Assembly: GCA_030390025.1 (NCBI GenBank)
Contig: CM059431.1
Location: 144,710,001 to 144,774,000 of the forward strand
DNA length: 64,000 nt
Source of the DNA: Squalus acanthias
Lineage: Eukaryota
Direction: 5' to 3'
This document shows positions 12,540 to 23,284 of the stretch, one piece after another; position 1 is the stretch's first letter, and every line of letters begins with the position of its first letter. The position numbers and the translations under genes are program-made. The notes below the pieces were generated by a model, which saw only the letters and a list, made by a program, of their open reading frames with translations, was not told the DNA's origin and did no database searches.

Positions 12540-12975
12540 ATCCAAGCCCTGCTCACCGATCAGCCCTGTCCTTGCGAACCTACATTGGCTCCCGGTCCCC
12601 CAGCACCTCCAAATCAAATCTCTCATCCTCGTATTTTAATCCCTTCATGGTCATGTCCCTTCCTGTCTCTGTAACCTCCTCCAGCCCTACAGTCACCCAC
12701 CACCAATATCTCTCTATTCCTCCGACTCTGGCCTCTTGTGGCATTTCACCCTCTCCTCCCCCCATCTATGGCGGCTGTGCCTTCGGCTGTCTGGCTCAAT
12801 GCTCATCAATTCCCCACCTAAACCTTTCCAGCTCCCTCCTCCTTTAGAACCCTCCGAAACTCACTGCTGTGACCAACATTCTGACCACGCCTCCCTCTAC
12901 ACCCTTTAGTCTGAGCCCATCTTTTGTCGTACTTGGCTTCTGTGAAGCACCTTGTTATGTGTTCCGATGGACAAG
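12540..12975 (+). mobile_element. Degenerate L2 3' fragment
   Basis: acctacattggctcccggtcccccagcacctc (LHWLPV), similar to 30900-31300. Confidence 0.7.
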
Positions 12976-14000
12976 TTGGTTATAAGTTAATGCCGGAGAA
13001 TAATTTCAACTACAGTTTAGAGAAATTACTGATCCGAGACTGAATCTCTTTTTACATTAAAGGAAAGGACGCTGACTGAGAGTTTGATTGGACGCACGTG
13101 TGTGGACACACACACGCGCACAAGTGGAGAATATTCACTGTAAAAGAGCAGGCAAATCTTCCACTTGTATATTTATGGCCATTTCTGAGATTGTAAGAGC
13201 GTGAAGGATTTTCCAAACATAAATGCTATGCATCACCTCACTGTTTAAAGTGACATGATTCACAACATTACACATTAGTGTTAATATTAGTTGAACAGCG
13301 GTAAATGTCCTCACCACCTACAGTGCTCATTAGTCAGGTTTCTGACACCAGGAGAGATATGGTCAATATATTCAAACAGAAACATCAACCAGGACACATC
13401 TCCATCAAAACACGGACAATGTCACAGCCCATAGAGACCAGAGGAATCGCACCCAGCTATATATTATGTGTGGATAGAAATCATATTCATAAAATACCAG
13501 AATTTAATATAAAAACTCAGCAAAACAAAAATGTTAAACACAAATCTGTGAATAAAAATAATACAACACCCCCAGACTGTAAAACCGAGTGGTGAATCAG
13601 GTAATTCATCAACAATCACCTGCTCCATATTTCCCTGCAGAATATTCTCTACCTCAGGAATAAGGCTGGTTTTGGCCTGTGCTGTGAGTAAATCTCACTA
13701 ATGGTCGCTCCCAGTGCGGAGTCTCGGCCGACGGGAGCCCGTCTGGAACTCATTTGTGGGGATCAGCGGGACTCAGTGGATTTCACTGGGCAGCTGTCTG
13801 TCACATCTGATGTGGAGTGTTGAACGTAACACTCGGGAAATGCTCGATCCCAGAGCTAACCGCTGTTGTACTGATGGGGAGGAGGGACTTTATATCATGT
13901 TTTACAAGGCAACGTTCTTCTCATTTTAATATTTCCATCTAACTCTCCTATTAATATAGTTATTACAGAGCATCAGAATCTGGAAACGCCTGTCACCACC

Positions 14001-14064
14001 ATGGCTGAAGGTCCAAACAGGGGAGAAGATCCAACATCTTCAACAAGAATGAGAATGGACACAG
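14001..14064 (+). CDS. NLR coding exon 1 (MAEGPNRGEDPTSSTRMRMDT)
   Basis: Kozak ccaccATGG; acceptor ttacag ends at 13968; donor G|GTAAGT at 14065; phase 1 matches the next exon. Confidence 0.8.
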
Positions 14065-14514
14065 GTAAGTTCCCAAAATTATTTACAGTATATTTTCTGT
14101 CATGACAAAGGGTCCAGATCTCGTCCAAAAACCTGCCGCTCACACAGGAAGAGGGAAAAGGACAGGGATTGAGTAGAAAGAGGGAAGTGAGTGACCATTT
14201 AGAGGGGCATCACAGTCACAGGTGGAGGGAGCCCCTGAGTACTTGAACTGCCCAATAGATGCCTGGTATTGGGGACTGTAAGCTGGATAGAGACAGTGAC
14301 TTAGAGGAGAGTCTTCCTGAGAAGCAGTGTGACTCCAGGAGCAGGAGGTCACCCCGAGTTGTGCGCAGATGAGAGGAGAACGATACACATATCTGCTTCC
14401 TGAGGGAAGAACGTGTTTGAACGACTGTGACCTTTTCTGTGAAGGCAAGAAGAGCAGAAAATTGTCCCTGTCAAAACCAAAAACACAACTAGAAATACAT
14501 TGTTTTAAAAATCA

Positions 14515-15950
14515 CTTTCTGGACATGAGTGAATCTGGCAACGCCAGCATTTATTGCCCACACCAAGTTGCTATTGGTTAGGTGATGGTGGGCCACCTTC
14601 TTGAATCGCTGCAGTCCATGTGGTGAAGGTGCTCCCTCAGTGCTGTTAGGTAGGGAGTTCCAAGGTTTTGATCCAGTGACAATGAAGGAGAGGTGATGTA
14701 TGTCCAAGTTAGGGTTGTATATGACTTTAAGGAGAACTTGGAAGCGAAGGTGTTCCCACGCACCTGGTGCCCTTGTCCTTCTAGGTGGTGGATGTCGTGG
14801 GTGTGGGAGGCGCTGTCGAACATGCCTTGCTGACTTACTGGAGGGCATCCTGTAGACAGTAATCTGCAACCACGGTAAGCCAATGGTGGAGGGAGTCAAT
14901 GTTTAACCCAATGGATGTGGTGCTGATCAAGCATAATGCTTTGTCCTGGATGGTGTTGAGCATCTTCAGTGTTTTTGCAACGTCACTTGTCCAGACAAAT
15001 GGAAAGTGTTCCATCACTCTCCTGACGTGTGTTGTAGGTGGGGGAGAGAATTTGGGGAGTCACAAGGTGAGCCACACGCCACAGAGTGAGCCACACGCCA
15101 CAGAATACCCAGCCTCTGACCTGCTCCCGTAGACACGGGGGGATGTATGTGGCTGGTCCAGTTCTATTTTGTTTGATGTGGGGGACTTGGTGATAATGTC
15201 ATTGACTGTCATGGCATATGGCTATGGTATCTCTCGTTGGAGATGGTCATTGCCTGTCCCTGGGAACGGTAGCGTAGTGGTGATGTCACTGGACTAGTAA
15301 TCCAGAGGCCTGGACTAATGATTCAGAGACGTGAATTCAAATCCCACCACAGCAGCTGGGGGCTTAAATAAATCTGGAATAAAAAGCTAGAATCAGTAAT
15401 GGTAACCATGAAACTATCGGATTGTCGTTAAAAACCCATCTGGTTCACTAATGTCTTTTAGGGAAGGAAATCTGCCGTCCTTACCTGGTCTGGCCTATAT
15501 GTGACTCCAGACCCACAGCAATGTGGTTGATCTTAACTGCCCTATGAAATGGCCTAGCAAGCCACTCAGTTGTAACTAACCATTACGAAACAAAATACCA
15601 TCACCACACATACTGCAGCGGTTCAAGAAGGCGGCTCACCACCACCTTCTCAAGGGTAACTTGGGATGGGCAATAAATGCTGGCCTAGCCAGCGACGCCC
15701 AGATCCCATAAAAGGAATTAAACAAAACTTGTTTGGTTCGAATATTATTTGCCACATATCAGGCCAAAACTGGATGTTATCCACATATTGCTGCATGCGG
15801 GCATGGACTGCTTCATTATTGGAGGAATTGCGAATGGGGCCGAACAAACTGCAACCATCAGCGAGCAGCCTCACTTCTAACCTTATGATGGAGCGAAGGT
15901 CACTGATGAAGCAGCTGGAAGTAGTTGAGTCCAGGACGCTGGCCTGGTTT
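14515..15950 (-). mobile_element. Degenerate non-LTR retrotransposon 3' part, interrupted by a SINE
   Basis: Minus ORFs MEHFPFVWTS...TLKMLNTIQDKA, SKPWNSLPNS...LQRFKKVAHHHL and MQQYVDNIQFW...WQIIFEPNK are LINE ORF2 C-terminal motifs; clade not assigned. Confidence 0.8.
15262..15725 (+). mobile_element. tRNA-derived SINE nested in the LINE
   Basis: A-box tagcgtagtgg and B-box-like gaattcaaatcc; 3' tail ggcaataaatgctggcctagccagcgacgccc plus an A-rich end shared with the host LINE 3' end. Confidence 0.8.
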
Positions 15951-15999
15951 GAGGTCTATATTGAGGGAATTTAAAGTCAGGCAATGAAATGTCGGGTGG

Positions 16000-16740
16000 A
16001 GGTGGTTAAAAGGGAATTAGGTTCAAGGCCAGCGGATAATATAAAAAATCAGGGTTTATGAAAAGTAAAGCAATAATTCAAGTTTCTATCACTGGGGATG
16101 AAGGGAAAATCTAGTTGTGGAGGATGATGTTTTGAGCAGGTATCAAACATTTCCAATAGTTTCTAAAAATGATGGTGGTAGTGCGAGAAGGTGGAATAGA
16201 GGAGGATGTGGGATCATAGTTAGAGTTAAATGTAGGGAAGAATTTGGAGCTGAAAAAATAGTCAAGATGGGTAAGTGACTAGGCCCAGAGATAACACACT
16301 CCAGGCTGTTAAATCAAATCACAGAGGAGGGAGGACAGACTCTCCACAATTGTTCAATCTGTTTTAGATACAAACAATAGACTGGAGCACTGAAGGAGCC
16401 CAAGTAACGTCTCTGTTCAACAATGGAGGAGAGAGGATAAACCGGGTAACTAGAACAGTCTACGGCAGTTATGGGCAGAATGCTCGAGTCCGGAATTTAA
16501 GGTTGAATTAGTCAATGTTGAGATACAGGGGATGATCAGGGGAGGCTGGAACCGACTAACTGTAGGCAAGATGTGTTTGACAAATTTGCACGCTTTTTTA
16601 AAGAATGGACTGTATAGATCGATGGGATGCAGCATCTGCGGTGTATATGTGGTTTAAGATGGTGTTTGATAATGCGGCTCACAGGAGACTTCAGCTGTTT
16701 GGTATAAGATGAAATGTAGCAGCTTGGTTATAAAGTGGAT
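16000..16740 (+). mobile_element. Highly decayed CR1 fragment
   Basis: Residual motifs ggcccagagataacacactccagg, gataaaccgggtaactagaacagt and tgtttgacaaattt, collinear with CR1 ORF2. Confidence 0.55.
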
Positions 16741-16773
16741 AATGAGTTTAATTTTCTCCATTTGTGTTCACAG

Positions 16774-16940
16774 ATCCGAACTTTACAATCACTGAGTTCT
16801 TGACAGAGTGCAACGATTACCAGCTGTTCCAGTTGACGAAATTCTACCGGGACAGACTGGAACAGGCGATTGAAGGAGGGGTGGACGGAGTCAGCTCGTT
16901 GTTAACATACGAGAGTCATTTCAGTGGACAAGAACATCGG
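16774..16940 (+). CDS. NLR coding exon 2 (CARD-like domain, first half)
   Basis: ttcacag acceptor, GTGAGT donor; 167 nt, phase 1 to 0; DPNFTITEFL...FYRDRLEQAIEGGVDGVSSLL...FSGQEHR. Confidence 0.85.
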
Positions 16941-17519
16941 GTGAGTGGGAGGGACACAGAATGAGTTTGGGTTATTTAAATATCACAGAAGCAACAGGAA
17001 ATCAGATCTTAGAATCATAGAATGTTACAGAAGAAAAATGGCAACTAGGAAAGAAGGGGTTAAAGCTGTTAATATTTTAAAACAGAAACAACAAAAATGT
17101 GAAAATACCCACTGGATCCATCAGTCTATGTAAAAAGGACAGGGTAACGGGTACGATATTATCCTTTGTGGGCTGAAGTCAAAGGGAACCAAGAATTTTA
17201 GCAGGTTCTCTCAAAGAGAGACAAGAGACAACTAGCCGGAGTTTTAGGGAAGGTCATGAGTTGAATGTCCAACAAAGTATATGAAGTAAATTGAGGCACT
17301 GTGATGATTTAAAAAAATCAGCTGCGGGTTAAAGGAAAGATATTTTTATAAAATACTAAACTAGTGAACAAGTATTGAACCCAAAAAACCGGTGGGGAAT
17401 GTCCGATTAACCGAATAGAATGATCCCAATTATATTGATTCAGATACCAGCGATAAATCAACTTGTTGGTTCTATGAAGATCCTCAGGATGTTCAAGCAA
17501 ATTATCCAGCTACAGTTAG

Positions 17520-18130
17520 TAGAATCACAGGAACTCACAGCACAGAAGGAGGCCACGTCGTGCCTGTGCAGGCTCTTTGAAAGAGCAGCCGAGCTCAGTC
17601 CCACACCCCCACTATTTGTCCGTAACCCTGCAAGTTCCTCATCCACAAGTACCTGTCTAACTCCCTTTAAAACTATTGATGGCATCAGCTTACATCACCT
17701 TTTCAGGTCGAGCGTTCCAGATCCCGACATCACTCTGAGTGAAAACAATTCTCCTCATCCCCCCTCTAGATCTTTTGCCAATGAATTTAAATCTATGGCC
17801 TCTGGTTATTGACCCACTCGCCAGACGGAATAGTTTTTTCTCTATCTGTGTCAAATCTTTTTATCATCTTGAAACTCTCTATTAGGTCACCTGCTAATCT
17901 TCTCTGTTCCAAAGAGAACAGTCCTGACTTTCCCGATCTAGTAATAGTACATCCTTTTGTACTCTGTCTCTATTTATAAAACTAGGAATCCCGCCTGTTT
18001 AACAGCTTTCTCAACTGATTCTGCCAACTTCAAATAATTCTCTACATAAACCCCGAGGTCTCTGTTCCTTCACCCCGTGTAAAATTGTACAGTTTAGTTT
18101 GTATTGCCTCTCCTCATTCTTTCTTCCAAA
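17520..18130 (-). mobile_element. Old CR1 3' fragment
   Basis: Resembles the reverse complement of the CR1 tail (tttaaatctatggcctctggttattgacc; attaggtcacctgctaatcttctctgttcc). Confidence 0.75.
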
Positions 18131-19892
18131 CATAGTCATAGAGTTATACAGCAGAGAAAGAGGCCCATCGTGTCCGCTCTGGCCATCAAGACCTGTCTAT
18201 TCTAATCCCATTTTCCAGCACTTGGTCCATAGCCTTGTATGCTATGGTGTTTCAAGTGCTCATCTAAATGCTTCTTGAATGTTGAGGGTTCCTGTCTTTA
18301 CCACCCTTTCAGGCGGTGAGTTCCAGATTCCAAACACCCTCTGGGTGAAAGTTTTTCCTCAAATCCCCTCTAAACCTCCTGCCCCTTACCTTGAAACTAT
18401 GCCCCCTGGTTATTGAGCCCTCTACTAAGGGGAAAAGTTCCTTTCTATCTACCCTATCTATGCCCCACATAATTTTGTGCACCTAAATCAGGTCCCTCCT
18501 CAGCCTACTCTGCTCTAAGGAAAATAACCCCAGCCTGTCCAGTCTCTCTTCATAGCTAAAACGCTCCAGCACAGTAACATCCTGGTGAATCTCCTCTGCA
18601 CCCTCTCTAATGCAATCACATCATTCCTATAGCGTGGCGACCAGAACTGCACACAGTATTCCAGCTGTGGCCTAACTAGCGTTTTGTACAGCTCCATCAT
18701 AACGTCCCTGCTCTTATATTCTATGCCTCAGCTAATGAAGGCATATGCTTCTTAACCACCTTATCTACCTGTCCTGCTGCCTTCAGGGATCTATGTACAT
18801 GCACACCAAGGTCCCTCTGATCCAGTGTCGTTCCTAGGGTCCTACCATTCATTGTGTATTCCCTTGCCTTGTTAGTCCTCCCAAAATGCATCACCTCACA
18901 CTTTTCAGGGTTAAATTCCATTTGCCACTGTTCTGCCCATCTGACCAACTGTCTATATCGTCCTGTTGCCTGAGGCTTCCCTACTCGTTATTTACCACTC
19001 CACCAATTTTCATGTCGTCTGCGAACTTACTGATCATAGCTCCTACATTCCTATCTAAATCATTAATGTACACACAAACAGCAAGGGACCCAGCATCGAT
19101 CCCTGCGTTATACCACTGGACACAGGCTTCCAGTCAAAAAACAACCTTCGACCATCCCCCTCTGCCTCCTGCCACTAAACCAATTTTGGATCCAATGTGC
19201 CAAATTGCCCTGGATCCCATGGGCTCTTACTTTCTTGACCAGTCTCCCATGCGGGACCTTATCAAAAGCCTTTCTGAAGTCCATGTAGACTACATCAACT
19301 GCACTACCCTCATCCACATACCTAGTCACCCTCTCTCAAAATTCAATCACATTGGTTAGACAAGATCTCCCCCTGACAAAGCCATGTTGACTATCTTTGA
19401 ATAAGCCTTGCATCTCCAAGTGGAGACTAATTCTGTCCCTCAGAATGTTTTCCAATAATTTCCCTACCACTGATGTTAGGCTCACTGGCCTGTAATTCCC
19501 TGGTTTATCCCTACTATCCTTCTTGAATAATGGTACTACATTAACTGTCCTCCAGTCCTCTGGCAACTCCCCTGTGGCCAGAGTGGATATGAAAATTTGT
19601 GTCAGAACCCCTGCAATCTCCTCCCTTGCCTCACACAGCAGCCTGGGATACATCTCGTCTGGGCCTGGGGATTTATCCACTTTTAAGTCCGCTAAAACCG
19701 CTAATACGTCCTCCCCCTCGATGCTAATTTGTTCAAGTATATCACAATCCCCCTGCATGATTTCTATGCTTACATCGTCCTTCTCCATCGTGAACACAGA
19801 TGCAAAATATTCATTTAAAACCTCACCTACATCTTCTAGTTCTACACACACATTGCCACTTTGGTCCCTAATGGGCCCTACTCTTTCCATAG

Positions 19893-20640
19893 CAAAATAC
19901 TGCGGATGCTGGAAATCCGAAATAACAACAGAAAACGCTGGAAAAACTCAGCAGGCCAGGCAGCATCCGTGGAGAGAGAAACAGAGTTAACGTTTCAGGT
20001 CGAAGACCTTTCGTCAGAACTGGAAAAAAGCAGGAAATGAAATAGATTTAAAGCTGGGAAAAGGGGGAGGGGATGAAAGAACAAAGGAGAGATAAAGAGA
20101 CATTGAGAGACATTACGAGATAATCATGGCAAGAGGAGGTGTTGATGTAACAGGTTGAGGTTAAATGAAGTGTGAAATGCACTGGCAGAATGAAGGACAG
20201 CTGCCAGCTTCTGGGAGGAAAAAAAAGGGGGGGGGCAAACAAAAGGGTGGATGAAAAAATAAAATGTAAATGTGATAGGGGCCGAGGATATGATCTAAAA
20301 TTGTTGAACTCAATGTTGAGTCCAGAGGGCAGTAGCGTGCCTAAACGAAAGATGAGTTGCTGTTCCTCGAGCTTACGCTGCGCTTCCGTGGAACAGTGTA
20401 ATAGGCCGAGGACGGTGAGGTCAGAGTGGGAGTGGAGCGGAGAATTAAAGTGACAGGCCACCGGGAGCTCGGGGTCCCCCTTACGGACTGAACGGAGGTG
20501 TTCAGCAAAGCGTTCACCCAATCTGCGTTTGGTCTCCCCAATGTAGAGGAGACCACATCGTGAGCAGCGAATACAGTATGCTAAATTGCAGGAAGTACAA
20601 GTAAATCGCTGTTTCACCTGGAAGGGGTGTTTGGGGCCCT
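19893..20640 (-). mobile_element. Penelope-like element 3' fragment (GIY-YIG endonuclease and 3' repeat region)
   Basis: LAYCIRCSRCGLLYIGETKRRLGERFAEH...VACHFN...GLN; homologous to 24850-25580. Confidence 0.9.
19985..20021 (-). ncRNA. Putative minimal hammerhead ribozyme in the Penelope 3' region
   Basis: Minus strand AGUU-CUGACGA-A-AGGUC-UUC-GACCU-GAA-ACGU-U-AACU: core boxes, 5-bp stem II, palindromic stem III, 4-bp stem I. Confidence 0.65.
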
Positions 20641-21339
20641 GCTCTTTCCCTGGTTATCCTCTTGCCCTTAATATACTTATAAAACACCTTGGGAGTTTCC
20701 TTTAATTTGCCCGCCAGTGTTTTTTCATGCCCTCTCTTTGCTCTCCTAATTTCTTTAAGTACCCCCCTGCACTTTCTGTACTCTTCTTGGGCTTCCACTG
20801 TTTTTAGTCCTTTGTATCTGCCAAATGACTGCCTTTTTTTCCTAATCCATTCTCGTATATCCCTTGACATCCAGGGTTCCCTGGGCATGTTGGTCCGACC
20901 CTTGACCTTTACGGGAACATGTTGGCACTGTTCTCTCTCTCTCTCTCTCTCCTCTTTCTGAATGACTCCCACTGCTCTCGTGGATTTTCCTACAAGTAGC
21001 TGATCCCAGTCCACTTTGGCCAGATCCTGCCTTATCCTATTAAAATCGGCCTTCCCCCAATTTAGAACCTTTATTTCCGGTCCATCTTTGTCCTTTTCCA
21101 TCACTGTCACTAAACTGCTCTCCTACTGACACTCCTACCACTTGCCCGGCTACATTCCCTAGAATTAGGTCCAGTACCGCCCCCTCTCTTATAGGACTTT
21201 CTAAATGCTGGCTCAAAAAACACTCTTGGATGCACTTTAAGAATTCCGCCCCCTCTAAGCCTTTCACACTCTGACTATCCCAGTTAATATTGGGGAAGTT
21301 GAAATCCCGACTACTATTATTATATCAATTCACACTTCT

Positions 21340-21995
21340 CTGTCATGTGTCTGCCCATTTCACCAGACTGTCTATGCCCTCCTGAAGTCTGCTATTATCC
21401 TCTCGCTATTTACTACCTTTCTGAGTTTCGCGCAATCTGCAATTTTTTAAAATTATGCTCTGTATCCCCAAGTGCAGGTCATTAATATATATCGAAAAGA
21501 GCAGTCGTCCTAATACTGAGCCCTGTGGGACAACACTGTACTCTTTCCTCCAGTCTGAAAAACAGCCGTTTACAACTGCTCTGTTTTCTTTCCCTTAGAC
21601 AATGTTATATCAACGCTGCCACTGCCCAGTTAATTCCATGGGCTTCTAATTTGCTAACATGTCTATTACGTGGTTCTTGGTCAAACGTCTTTTGAAAGTC
21701 CATATATACAACATCAACCGCACTACCCTTGTCAACCGTTAATTCATTAAACAACTCAATCAATTTATTCAACCACGATATGCCTTTAATAATTCCATGC
21801 TGGCTGTAATTTATTAACCCATGTTTTTTCCAAGGGAATATTTTGTTCTGGATTATTGTGTCTAAAAGTTTCTCCACTATCGAGGTTAGGCTGACTGGCC
21901 TGTTGTTGCTGGGTTCATCCCTCTCCCCTTTTTTGAACAGGGGTGTAACATTTGCAACTCTCCACTCCGCTGGCACCATTCACAAGTCCAAGGAG
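21340..21995 (-). mobile_element. Older CR1 RT fragment
   Basis: WRVANVTPLFKKG...NNRPVSLTSIV...VYMDFQKTFD. Confidence 0.88.
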
Positions 21996-22714
21996 TATTA
22001 GAAGAATTTGGCTCGAGCCACCTCAGATTAGCTGCAGTTCCTGAGAAGCAGTAAATTTTTTGTCTGCGAATTTTAATATCTGGTTCTGCAAATATTCTGC
22101 TGACCAGTATCATTCATCTGGAGGGAAGAACATCATTCACCCATTTCAAACAAACTAGCGAAGTTAGTGTCAAAAGGATAAACTGGTAACGAATATTCAC
22201 TTAAGTAAGTTAAATACCCTGATCCAGCTGTTGAACAGAATCAGCAGCCTTGAATTCAATAAACTGGCCCAATATGGGGTGTCATTGATCTTCAGTATTG
22301 TGAAATGGGCTCACAGCGAATCAGCGCCCATTTTACATCGTGCCTGATTTTCCCTCCTGTTGCAGAGTTACTGTCAGGCTGAACTCAGCAGCAACAAGCA
22401 AAGTATCTGTGTTCAAATTGCTGAGGATGGTCGGTGATTCGACACATTGCTCTGAATTTAGTGATAGATATTTGAAATAAAGCAGCGCACAGTTGTGCCA
22501 GAGACAGGTGTGGGAGGGGAGTATTGTGAGAGTGCACAGGACCGAAAGCAGGCTCTGTTCCCAGTGGGAAACCAACACCGACTTGTTTTCCTCCTCCTGA
22601 TCCACCCAGACAGTCCTCTTGCCCAAGTGCTGTAAGAGGACAATCTGCCCCAGTTCATTTTCACTGCAGGCCCTTCACTCCGCTCATCAATATATTCATT
22701 ATTATTCTCTACAG

Positions 22715-22886
22715 AAAGTCACTGAGCTCACGGAGCAGGGAAACCGGGCGGACAGTTCCAAACTTCTCCTAAATCTGGTGATGGAGAAAGGCTCTGGGGC
22801 CCGAAGAGTGATGTGGGAATCCTTTGTGAAAATGCGCCATGGGGTACCAAAGCTGGACAAAATACTGAAAGAAATACAGGAACTTG
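22715..22886 (+). CDS. NLR coding exon 3 (CARD-like domain, second half)
   Basis: ctctacag acceptor, G|GTACGG donor; 172 nt, phase 0 to 1; KVTELTEQGNRADSSKLLLNLVMEKGSGARRVMWESFVKMRHGVPKLDKILKEIQEL. Confidence 0.85.
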
Positions 22887-22991
22887 GTACGGTAAAATCA
22901 CACACTGAATTCAACTTCACATCTAAAATTATATATTTTAGCTAAAGTAGTGCACAGATTTGCTTTCATGAAAACTAATTTATTTAAACAG

Positions 22992-23057
22992 GTTTCTTTC
23001 GATTTAATGACATGAAAGCCACAGAATGTTTATCCGAAGTTCCCAGTCAGCTGAAAG
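22992..23057 (+). CDS. NLR coding exon 4 (linker)
   Basis: aaacag acceptor, AAG|GTAGGT donor; 66 nt, phase 1 to 1, open frame FFRFNDMKATECLSEVPSQLK. Confidence 0.72.
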
Positions 23058-23284
23058 GTAGGTGATGGGGTGAAGATTTCAAACAGATTATTTCGGTTCT
23101 GATTATCAGAGGCTTTAACTTTGACCATTGGTTTAGACATTTCTAGAATCTGGGGGTGAGAAGTTCAAGAGCTGGGCAAACAGAATTCAACTTCATTTTC
23201 ACTTGTCACTGATTCTGAAATGTGTCCTTGAAATGTGTGGGATGAAGTTACCATTAACACCAGGTTTGGGATTATCTTTAAATA

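Larger units (their letters stand above)
18131..21315 (-). mobile_element. CR1 LINE (APE end, RT, 3' tail), disrupted and split by a Penelope insertion
   Basis: Collinear minus ORFs: VLDLILGN, KSPGPDEMYPRLL, NYRPVSLTS, YMDFRKAFDKVPH, WQMEFNPEKC, LVRPQLEYCVQFWSP. Confidence 0.93.

Noticed and set aside
13641..13683. Possible 43-nt 5' UTR exon (ccctgcag...GTGAGT)
   Set aside because: Splice signals alone are not enough without transcript evidence.
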